Of a stretch of 64,000 nt of DNA, positions 54,340 through 64,000 are shown in pieces; positions within the stretch are counted from its first letter, which is position 1; each line of letters begins with the position of its first letter. Position numbers and translations under genes: made by a program. A model generated the notes under the pieces. It was given only the letters and a program-made list of their open reading frames with translations, had not been told where the DNA came from and ran no database searches. Source of the DNA: Tubiluchus corallicola (taxonomy: Eukaryota; Animalia; Priapulida); the NCBI GenBank assembly GCA_030141605.1, contig JAQGDQ010000106.1, positions 1 to 64,000 of the forward strand, in the 5' to 3' direction.

Positions 54340-57228
54340 AACCTACGTCACCAACAATGACAGCATTTGCTAGTTGGCAAACAATCATAGCACCCCATCA
54401 AGAGGCAAACATCATCTACTACCATAGACCACTTTATCTCAAACGCCAAAGACAATTTCCTAGTATAAGAAAACTTCTCGTGTGATTATTCTGATCATGA
54501 TTTTATAATAATAGTAGATAAAAAAGAACCAACCAAAAACAATACATGCACAGTCTGGAAAACAGTCAGAGATTATTCTGCATATAATAAAGATATATTT
54601 CAAGATATTTTAACCAAATTGGACTGGAGTAATATTTACACAATGACTGACATTGACATACAAATAAACACACTAATAAATAATATGGAATACTGCCTGG
54701 ATATCTATGCACCGTATAAAAAAATAAAAATACATCAGCAGCAATTTAATGCAAAATCTGCTTGCCCTTGGACGGATACAGAACTCGCAAAACTAAGACA
54801 CAATAAAAATGAATTACATAGAACATATTTACATTTAAAAGGTAAAAGCAATTACAATAATTACAAAAAGGCACGAAATAAATTTAATAACTACAACAGG
54901 AAACTCAAAAATAAATATTATATTAACAAATGCAATGATGCAACTACACCTAAGCAAAAATGGCGTTTAATTAATGACGTACTTAACAGATATAGAAACG
55001 ATCAATTACAAATAAACAGTTTACAAGAAAATGACAGCATAATATCTGATCCAGTTGACATTGCTAACAAATTAAATTCCACATTTATCAATCTCGGAAA
55101 ATTTGACAACTTGCCACACCAACATAATGCAAATATACACAATATATACAAAAACCAATCAGTAACACAATCCACTTTCTCATTTACTAGAGTCACAGAA
55201 TACGACATCTTTAGAATATTAAACAGTTTAAATATAAATAAAGGAAATGGACCCTCAGACATGCCAATAAAAATCTTAAAAGACTGTGCCAGCATCATTA
55301 CTCCTCATCTAACATATATCACAAACCAAGTCTTAATGCGCTCAGAATTTCCAGCAGTGTGTAAACAAGCAAACATAACTCCAATACACAAGAAAGATGC
55401 TAAAGATGACGCTAAAAACTACAGACCAATTTCAGTAGTGCATGTACTAGCCAAAGTATTTGAAAGAGTTATCTACAACCAAATAAACCATTACATTGAA
55501 AATAATAAGTTACTGTCAAATCATCAATTCGGTTTTAGAAAACTACATTCTACAATAGACGCGATAATTGATGCCACTGAACAGTGGCGTTACAACTTAA
55601 ATAAAAATAAATATATAACAGCAGCATTTTTAGATCTAAGTAAAGTTTTTGACAGCCTCGATCACAATTTACTACTAGACAACTTACGCCAACTAGGATT
55701 CGATTATACTTCTCTCAAACAAATTAATAATTACCTACACAATAGAAAACAAAGAGTCAAGTTGAGCAAACACACTTTTTCAACATGGGACACACCACAG
55801 AGAGGCATCCCGCAAGGTACGATATTAGGTCCTTTACTCTTTTGTTTATACGTTAATAAAATTCATTTAGTTTTACATAATTCAGACTTAACACAATATG
55901 CCGATGATACAACTATCTATACAGCACACGCAGACTTTCTAACATCAAAAAATAATTTAGAAAAAGACATTACAAATATAAATGCAGCATTTAACTATTT
56001 TGGTTTAAAAATGAATGATGATAAGACAGAATTTATGGTAATATCACCCAAATCAAATGACGTTACTTCTTCTAATGCAACACTAAAAGTAGGTCACTGT
56101 TCCATAGAACAAGCAAAAACTGTAAAATTTTTAGGCATTACTGTCGACAATAAACTCACTTGGGATGAACAGTTTCATCAAATACACAACAAGATGGCAT
56201 TAAGCACGACATTCTTACGCCAAACCAGAGGCCATCTAACCAAGAAAACAAAAATTCTCATCTACAAAAGTCTAATATTACCACATTATCTATATGGTTG
56301 CACTTTACTTCAAAACGTTAAATATGAAAACTTTAGAAAACTAAATACAATGCAAAACTACGCACTTAGATTAATTCATGGCTACTCTAACAAAACTGCT
56401 AAACAACATGCTGCTTCTGCAACAAGCTTAAGAACGTCCACAAAAATACCAATATTAGAAGCCTATCGAGATTACAAAACACTGATATTTCTTTATAAAT
56501 ATATCAATAAACTGAGCATTCCATTTATAAACAATCCCTTGGCATTCATTCCTGATACCACTTTAAACACTAGAACATACAATTTAAAGCAAATTACAGT
56601 AAACAATAAATTTGGAAATAACTCTATATCAAAACAGGCCATACATTTATGGAACTTACTACCCAGTGAAATAAAACAAATAGAATCTCTTCACCACTTT
56701 AAAAAGAAAGTAAAAGAATATCAGTATAACAGGTTTCAACTTCCACATTGTGCATCTGATACTAATTACACAGACTCCACTTTCATCTACCCCCGCCCCT
56801 GACTCCATATAACGATTAAAAATGAAATTTTTTTAAAAAAATTATGTAATGTAATGTGTGTTATGTTAGTTCTGTAATGTCAAATGTATAAATAGTGTAA
56901 ATGTAATGAGTGAAATTTATGTAATGTAAAGCATGTTTCTGTTAATTGTGTCATGTCAAATGTATATATAGTGTAAAATATGTCATGTAAAATTTAATGT
57001 ACTTTCGTAAAATTGTTTTGTAAAAATATTTTAATATGGTGTTTGTAAATATGTTCATTTATTGTATATAATTTTGCACTTTAGTTTTTTTTTAATATGC
57101 ACTGGACGCATTTGTCTTGAACAGTGTGATTATTTTAACGTTACGCTGAGGCTTACTCAATTTTATTATAATGAGTGAACCATTTTTATGACAAATAAAG
57201 AATTAATACAATATATATATATATATAA
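54340..57228 (+). mobile_element. 5'-truncated non-LTR retrotransposon (CR1/L2-group LINE)
   Basis: The APE endonuclease C-terminus (TTIDHF...SDHD, 54421-54500) is in frame with the RT ORF but carries a TAA at 54466. TGTAA-rich 3'UTR, AATAAA near 57194, then a (TA)n tail. The 5' boundary is approximate. Confidence 0.9.
54619..56802 (+). CDS. LINE ORF2 reverse transcriptase region (no ATG start of its own; part of a truncated element)
   Basis: Motifs NYRPIS, QFGFRK, FLDLSKVFD, GIPQGTILGPLLF, YADD and KFLGI. Confidence 0.9.
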   Translation: MDWSNIYTMTDIDIQINTLINNMEYCLDIYAPYKKIKIHQQQFNAKSACPWTDTELAKLRHNKNELHRTYLHLKGKSNYNNYKKARNKFNNYNRKLKNKYYINKCNDATTPKQKWRLINDVLNRYRNDQLQINSLQENDSIISDPVDIANKLNSTFINLGKFDNLPHQHNANIHNIYKNQSVTQSTFSFTRVTEYDIFRILNSLNINKGNGPSDMPIKILKDCASIITPHLTYITNQVLMRSEFPAVCKQANITPIHKKDAKDDAKNYRPISVVHVLAKVFERVIYNQINHYIENNKLLSNHQFGFRKLHSTIDAIIDATEQWRYNLNKNKYITAAFLDLSKVFDSLDHNLLLDNLRQLGFDYTSLKQINNYLHNRKQRVKLSKHTFSTWDTPQRGIPQGTILGPLLFCLYVNKIHLVLHNSDLTQYADDTTIYTAHADFLTSKNNLEKDITNINAAFNYFGLKMNDDKTEFMVISPKSNDVTSSNATLKVGHCSIEQAKTVKFLGITVDNKLTWDEQFHQIHNKMALSTTFLRQTRGHLTKKTKILIYKSLILPHYLYGCTLLQNVKYENFRKLNTMQNYALRLIHGYSNKTAKQHAASATSLRTSTKIPILEAYRDYKTLIFLYKYINKLSIPFINNPLAFIPDTTLNTRTYNLKQITVNNKFGNNSISKQAIHLWNLLPSEIKQIESLHHFKKKVKEYQYNRFQLPHCASDTNYTDSTFIYPRP

Positions 57229-57551
57229 GAAAGAAGTATATTTTCCAATATTTTTGAAGATATAGCTAAAGAATAAAAGAGATGCAAGCAAGTTAAAACA
57301 GCTTTTTATCAATGATGGTATGTTCATGTTGATAAACGTTTTAATAACTGGCAGTTAAAACGAAACTGTAACATTTAATATTGCATTACCAGAAATGCAA
57401 ATAATCGATATAATGTATTTTCCATTTACACAGTGTCTAAAGAAATATAGGACTTTTAAGAACTTTAGTACATCCGAACAAAGACAAAAGTAGAAAAGCA
57501 TAAAAATTAAGTTACCTATTTTTAGTCACATACATTAATTTAAAAGAAAAT

Positions 57552-58499
57552 CTATTTTCTTTCTTGAATTTCTGGGACATTGTTTAAAGAACTTCTATAC
57601 CAATTGTGGTCTTCATTGCCAGCAACATGCTTTTCAAGAAATTCCAAATCAGGTAATTTCTCCCATATGTCTTCTGGTTTTTCATTGTATTTATCATCAT
57701 ACTTTTCACCCACAGCCCACAGCATTTCTATGTCATATTTTTGACGAGTTTCTTCCATCATCAAGTGCAATACTATGTTACCAAAATCTATTGCTTTCCA
57801 TTCATTACTGTTTTCACCTTCAATGCGCACGTGATCAAGATCCTCCTTCCAACGCCTTTGTTTATACTGAGTACTTAAATTCTCAGCTAATGCCCTTAGA
57901 TGTCTAACTGAAAGACCAGAACAAACCACTATGTAATCTGCATACCGAACGGAAGGCGGAACACGTATCACACAGATATCACGAGCGTTTTCTTTTTGCA
58001 GTTGCACAACAAGATCATCTATGTCAAAAACACCAGTCTCCCCACGCTTCTCCTGCAAATTGTACAGTTCCCTATCATCCAGATTCATGTCAACTCCATA
58101 ATAGGAGTCATTCACAGTATCATAATAATCAATGAGATATTCATCTTCTTCTGTTAATTCTTCCGTTTGGTGCACTTTCTCATGAGACATTTTATTTTTG
58201 CTTGGCATGTCTTTTAAAACTTCATCTAATGGAGCATACTGAAAATCATTTCTCATTTCACGAATAAAAGCTCTTAAAGCAAAATCACCAGACTGCATGT
58301 CATTGACACACGTCTTTGTATCAGATTCTGACATATCAGAATTTTTGAATGACCCGCACTGTGTAGCACACCTTCTAAAATGCTCCACCTTTGGACGCAG
58401 AGTTTTACAATACTTCCTGTGGTAAACATTATATAACCGGCCAGTTGGGCAAGATATATGGTATCTGATATTAATCAAGCTGCGCAACTTTAATGCCAT
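57552..58499 (-). CDS. MALSU1: Mitochondrial assembly of ribosomal large subunit protein 1 (RsfS/Iojap family), single coding exon, 315 aa
   Basis: First in-frame ATG is at 58499 (the ORF track starts at an upstream TTG). Basic, acid-poor N-terminus resembles a mitochondrial presequence. RsfS domain: GVFDIDDLV..ENARDICVIRVP..YADYIVVCSGLSVRHL..EWKAIDFGNIVLHLMMEETRQKYDIEMLW. Confidence 0.93.
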   Translation of the reverse strand: MALKLRSLINIRYHISCPTGRLYNVYHRKYCKTLRPKVEHFRRCATQCGSFKNSDMSESDTKTCVNDMQSGDFALRAFIREMRNDFQYAPLDEVLKDMPSKNKMSHEKVHQTEELTEEDEYLIDYYDTVNDSYYGVDMNLDDRELYNLQEKRGETGVFDIDDLVVQLQKENARDICVIRVPPSVRYADYIVVCSGLSVRHLRALAENLSTQYKQRRWKEDLDHVRIEGENSNEWKAIDFGNIVLHLMMEETRQKYDIEMLWAVGEKYDDKYNEKPEDIWEKLPDLEFLEKHVAGNEDHNWYRSSLNNVPEIQERK

Positions 58500-60599
58500 G
58501 TTTTCAAAATAGCAACAATTAGAAGTAATCGAAATGTATGCAACCAAATATGGACGTCAACGTACTTAACAGTGTCATAAGATTGAACACAGGCATAAAA
58601 ATCCTCTTTTAACCTGAAACATTGCAATACCAATTAAGTTTACATTTTTGTAAAAGCACAAACTGAAGCTTGGTAGTCACAATTCGTTCAGTCAGAAAAG
58701 TGCAAGCAAGCTTTGCTGAAGGGCTGAATGCCAAATTATTTATTTAAAGGAAAAACCAACCCTTTAATATGCACATAGAAATATTGAAATTATTACATAA
58801 TATACGAGCATAAAATTCCTTGCTTAAAAACTCAAAAAGAAATTTAAATCACTCGTATCTCCTGCCAAATGAATCTTCACTGAGGGCATATTTGAAAAAA
58901 TGATGGTGGACAGCGCGAAGGCACTGGTAATAAAACTTCTACAGTTTACTCAGAAATTCAGCAATTCTAGTTAAATAAATCTGTGTTTAACTGTGTTTTT
59001 GTAAGAATTAGTCACAGGATCGATTAGCAACATCTTTAAAGCACTTATGTCCAGAGGATTATACCTCAGAATATGTAAGTACAGCATGTAATATATTCAC
59101 AGGCAAGCATGGAATTCTGTGAGGCTGGGAGCATACAGTAGGTGCAGCACGGGTTACTTAGTTGATAGCGTTCACTTTTAGCTTGTTAAAATAATTATTC
59201 TGTTATTTTGTCGGCATTAACTAGCTGAGTTAGATGTTATTACATTACTGTCGGTAACTGACTTTCATTACATAGTATGCATAGAGAGCAATGGGATTTA
59301 GGCGAGTAGCAATAACACTAAAATACTGATATGTGGGAATTAATTGTGGCACAAATGCTTCTAGTTTTAAACTATAACTGCAATTTTTTATCACAGTGGG
59401 AAGGCATTTTGGAAATCAACAATCTGACTGCAGGTAGTTGTTTGTACACTCATTTCAATAATAATTTTCATTTAAACCTTGCACTGAATGTTGAATATTT
59501 GGCTGAATGTTTTCACTAGTTTAAACCACATTTATGGTTTAAACTAAACTATGGCAAATGTTGCTACTGCATAATACATTATAATATTATACGTACGTGC
59601 ATTACATTATGGCGCATAATGGTTGTAAAACAACATAGCTGTAGTTACCATGGCAACAGGTGAAGAGTGTCTGAATCTAGATGACGTGAGCCACAGCAGA
59701 ATCATATTAAAAGTGTTTATTTACATTAAAACTATATTGGCGAGACTTTTGAAAAACATTGTTCAAACAGGGGTTTCCTAGTAACAAGTTTCGTATTAAC
59801 CATATGTGATTTCATAGGTTTTATTATAAGTTTGTCAGGAACATAATAAAATCGTCGTACTACCGAAAGTTTCGTTATAAGCCGAATCGTATTACCAGGA
59901 TTCTACTGCAGTACACTGCATCATTTTGTTTGGCCAACTATTGGCCAAATAGCCAACTATCCCATTAAAATATTACCAAAAATATGACAAACACCAAACA
60001 TTCAATGCATATTTTTTCATTTTGCCAGCTCAAAACTTTCATGCTTATGTGCTCAGTAATTCTCCTTAAATTTACATTAGATCAAATTCTATCCATGTGT
60101 AAAACAGGAACTTGTTTTGGCACAATTAACATTAACTGTCCATGCAGATTAGCCTTAACAACCGTAACATTACTGATCATTTTATGACCATCTAATGCAT
60201 AATAGCCTAGGTTGCCATATATGGTTAATAAAAAAAATGATATTCTCATAAGTTTGTTGCCATGGTTACTATTTATCTTAGCAATGGCATTGACAGCAAG
60301 GATAATCTGAAAAGGTTTGGGAAACCTCGATTTTCGCCATCATACAAACTGACAATACATCTTAGTATACAGGAGAGGCAACAGTTGCTAGGAACAGTAA
60401 GGAAAGAAAAACTGTTTACCTTAGCAACTATCTAATAACAGCTGTAGTAGAAAGCTACGGTCTGTTCCTAGCTCTTGATAGTAGATAAAGAACAATATAT
60501 GATAAAGTGATAGGGAAAAAATTGTTCAGGTTAATAAAAATTGATAATAAATTATATTTCACGATAGTAACTGCAGGTGCAAAAAAAGCTTGCTCAAGC

Positions 60600-60800
60600 G
60601 GGATAAGTGTTTATATTGTACGGTAACCAGATGACGCTATTTATCATTCAAAATTAGCACGCATGAGAGTGAAGTGACTCATAACTTCAAATTGATTTTA
60701 CTAATTACATGAGATGCTTATCACAACTCTATTGCTGAAACTTTCTAACATTTTGCTCAAATATTAACACAACCTCAACTTCCCGAGAAACTTGGGATCA
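60600..60800 (+). repeat. Dispersed repeat, homologous to 27498-27645
   Basis: Same motifs as the 27.5-kb copy, with extra internal sequence. Confidence 0.8.
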
Positions 60801-60839
60801 CTTGGCATTTCCTTTAAATAAAATTATAAGTGCTATAAA

Positions 60840-61020
60840 CAATATCTCAACTTTCCCAGTTTGAACTTTGAAATAATCATTAATTCAGTTGTGATAAACT
60901 GCCATTAATTCCTTCTCAAACTTTCTGTGCTTAACCACCATTTCTAATCCTGTTTGTTCTGATAGGTACATAGTATACTAAGCCAAGGCTTTTAAATGTT
61001 TCAGTAATAACTTCGTGCAG
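60840..61020 (-). pseudogene. Short decayed LINE RT fragment
   Basis: KLLLKHLKALG ... GINGSL..*INDYF resembles KLL.KL...GI.G..W..DYL of LINE RTs. Confidence 0.4.
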
Positions 61021-61759
61021 AATTAATGGTTTTATGTACATATACATACAGAATTAATGGTTTTAATACAGATCACCATAGCGGTTATTATTCTAGCGAT
61101 CATTAAGTAGATACATGTATTTACATGTAATAAGATGCCTCAAAAGGCATAATTGAAATGGTGTCTTCTCAAAATCGTACACAAAAGCCACCTAGAAAGT
61201 TCTAAGTGCTGGTGGTTATGAACAGTCAACAGGCAGAGATGCCTAACAACTAGGACCGAATGGATATGATATAAAAAGTCATAACATTAGGTGATTTTTG
61301 CTATCTTATACACATATGGCGTTAAAAGACGTGAGATTAGCGATGGCTTACAATATTTCCGTTTCAGTCAATTTTTCGCTTCCGACTTTAGCTCGCCCCT
61401 GACCATACACTTAATAATTAGCATGGTACTATAATTATAGTTAGTAGCGACGTATATTCGTGCAAAGTCCATCCAATAAATCGAAACATTTTAATGATTT
61501 TGTATTAATAAAACAATCAAAGTAGATAGTGAACTGACAGTACTACTTGTTGTGGATTTATATAACTCTGTGAAAACAGCTCTAAATAAGCAAATAGAAA
61601 GGTATGACAAAATAGCTTGTGGCGTCACATGTACGATTGTACGCTGCCATTTTGTATAGTACAAACCAGTCAAGATTGTCAAAAATGCGAGTCAGTTTCC
61701 GTTTCGATAGCCTCTCGCAAACCAAGAAATACGCTTCTTAAACATCTAGACACCCCGAG

Positions 61760-62780
61760 CAACTTTTCTCCCAAATGGGTCTGTTTTGACAAACACGGGA
61801 AAGTGGGAAACCTTTATATAAAGCAAAAAACTTTTCGCTTAGTCAAATAAATCAACGAATAGCAGAAATATCTAGAAGCAGGCTGCAAAATGCTATTTTT
61901 TAAAGAAAATAATTATAATAAAGATAACAGGAAAGCACGAGGAATGAATAAGTTAAGGTTTTACAGGAACATAAAATACACATCAGACTATAAATAATAA
62001 ACAACATAGACGTAACATAACAAAACCCAATATAAAGTGGCATGTAAACTACATAAAGTTTATGTAGCATGCGGATGCGGGTATGTTTTCCATCTGCGGA
62101 ACATCCCGCGGGAAAAAACAATAGGAAATACTTGCAGAAAAAAATAACACATATGCAGGCTGCATAAACAGGTGCATTTAAAACAATATAAACCGATTTT
62201 ATCTATTCTGCACCACCCAAAATGCATCCGCATCCTACATAAAGGCCACTTAAATGATCATGACCTACTAATTTTGAAAAAGGCAGATCTATAAATCAAC
62301 AAGAAAATGAAAGACTGTGTTCCTTCTGTATCATTAGTAGAGATAACGTGTAAAACCCAATAGAGGATGAACACCAAGTGGTATTTGAATGCCCCGCATA
62401 CAAAGAAATCAGACAAAAATACAAAAATCGTTTTTATAATTTTACGTTTTTTAAATGGCTCGGTTTTTTCCATATTTTTGTTATTTAGCTTCAACAATAA
62501 GTCTGACCTCAACAACTTTGATAGCTTTATCAGCGAATGCATGCTCTGTAGATCAAACAAAACTCTCGATCCATACCATACATAAAAATTAGACAATAAT
62601 GTGGAATCCTAGTTGGATATAATATTATTTTGTTTAACGTAAATGTTACTAGGCTTAGTTAATTGAACTTTTTTTGTATGTATACTGTTGCTAACTTAAT
62701 AGCCTAATTTTGCTCATAGCTCATTTTGCTGATGTACTATTCTATTCTTATGTGTGCAAATAAACTGAATTGAATTAAAT
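61760..62780 (+). mobile_element. Decayed LINE 3' end with a C-terminal cysteine finger, interrupted by a MITE
   Basis: NKLRFYRNIK..QHRRNITK..NDHDLLI.EKGR..ERLCSFC..EDEHQVVFECPAYKEIR; ends in AATAAA plus TGAAT repeats at ~62759-62780. The 5' boundary is approximate. Confidence 0.8.
62036..62250. mobile_element. PIF/Harbinger-type MITE
   Basis: Ends AGTGGC / GCCACT flanked by TAA; 20-bp inverted repeat TTTATGTAG.ATGCGGATGC at 62059-62078 and 62224-62243. Confidence 0.85.
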
Positions 62781-63382
62781 TCCATTGGTAAGGTCAGAAT
62801 TAACGTGTGACATTGCAATTCACACACGTGCAACATGTCTTTTTCGTTATTTCGGTCTTTAAATTTTATACAAAAATCCACACCTGTGGGATTTTCTAAA
62901 ATAACTTTTTTTCGGACGTTGTCATCAAACCTACGTCTTGTGAGGCGCACTCATTCTTTTGGTGATTTTCCGCAAGGTTTACCGCTGGTAAAGTCAGCAG
63001 ATCGTACTTTACAGTGTTTTACTCGGTTCGTAAGTTTTCTTGTTAGACTAATAGTAATAGTAATATTCTATTATAATAAGTAATAATAACGATGAAATGG
63101 AATTTTGCAAGTTTTTCTGTTTATCGTCTTGTACATTTTTGTTTCTGATTTTTGCCGTTTATTTCATAGCAAGATCCAAGGCGCATTTGCTATTTAGGTG
63201 GTCGTTTTTTTCCGTCTGTTTTCTGCAAAGCTTCAGCTTGTCTGCAAAGCTTTTGCTGACTTAGGGATGTCACGTGTAACTGCTAATTGGATAACTGTGT
63301 CTGACAAATATGGATTTCGTGTGATTGATCACAGTAGAGCTGGTTGTGTCATCTAGTTTACCCAATTCGATGTACGTTGAGT

Positions 63383-64000
63383 CAGGGACGTTACCGAAAC
63401 TGAATTTACGAACCGAAAACAAAATTTATGAAACATAGGAAACCGAACAGTTTTGCAAAACCAACTACTATTAAAATTGAAAAAAAGAAAATTCTGAAAT
63501 AAGTAGAATATTTTGTTTTTGTTGTTTGCTTTTATTTGCTGTGATGCAAAATTACTGATAAAAAATTTTAATGCAGAAATGACAAGGAAGTTTTATAGTA
63601 TGGAGTGGTTTGCCTTAGAAAATGTGTTATAATGTTTTCGGATTTAAGTATTCTTAATGATTATTGTTTAAAGATCATAATGCTTCATTAAAAATAAATA
63701 AATTTTATTTTGTTGCCTATATTTCATAAATTATAAAATTAAACATGATTTGCTCAAGTGAATGCAAAAGTGGTTTGATATTTTGGTTCATTGGGCATGG
63801 AGACCCTAAAACTTCACAGTCGTCACAAACTGTAACGTAAACAAAATTTTCGCTTTAATTGAAATAATTTAGCCAAGATTTTTTAGTGGTTCTTGACATC
63901 TAGGAGAAAAGAAAAGGTAGATTGGATAAATACTAGTAAAACCTCAGAAAATGCTACCGAAAATTACCCGAAATTTAATAAATTTCGCTGAAACCGAAAC
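63383..64000. mobile_element. Probable hAT-type non-autonomous element running off the window
   Basis: Starts with CAGGGA followed by ACCGAA subterminal repeats, which recur at 63955-64000. Confidence 0.45.

Noticed and set aside
54060-54340. Further 5' extension of the young LINE endonuclease
   Set aside because: Only a faint RGGGVA-like resemblance (KRDDTALCM*) with many stops, inconsistent with the intact downstream frame.
55002-55298. Antisense 98-aa ORF within the LINE
   Set aside because: A shadow frame of ORF2 with no independent evidence.
54619-58499. RT plus RsfS-family gene as a coupled retron-like or defence system
   Set aside because: The RT is a standard LINE ORF2 with an endonuclease remnant and 3' tail; adjacency is explained by insertion.
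58500-58547. TTG start for MALSU1 given by the ORF track
   Set aside because: For a eukaryotic nuclear gene, ATG 58499 followed by a presequence-like peptide is the better start.

Overview
AT-rich eukaryotic DNA with spliceosomal GT-AG introns, most likely from an invertebrate animal. I can support three host protein-coding genes, all in the right half. (1) An A20/AN1 zinc-finger gene of the ZFAND3 type, + strand, 5 core coding exons at 36609-42232, plus a probable extra 42-nt exon. (2) An ER peptidyl-prolyl isomerase FKBP2/FKBP13, - strand, 4 coding exons at 47322-52102. (3) A mitoribosome assembly factor MALSU1 (RsfS family) with an intronless CDS, - strand, 57552-58499. A young 5'-truncated CR1/L2-group LINE with an open 727-aa RT frame lies between FKBP2 and MALSU1. 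The left ~36 kb has no recognisable host coding exon except a possible start exon near 3.3 kb that may splice to an exon leaving the window at position 12. It is filled with decayed LINE and hAT fragments, MITEs (pogo-, hAT- and Harbinger-type, several with visible target-site duplications), two copies of a foldback-type element and simple repeats. I found no convincing new biological system. The best leads are a 3-aa loop deletion in FKBP2, the intronless MALSU1, the foldback family with a shared protein-like core, and nested insertions whose removal reconnects the host element. All calls were made by eye, with no database searches.
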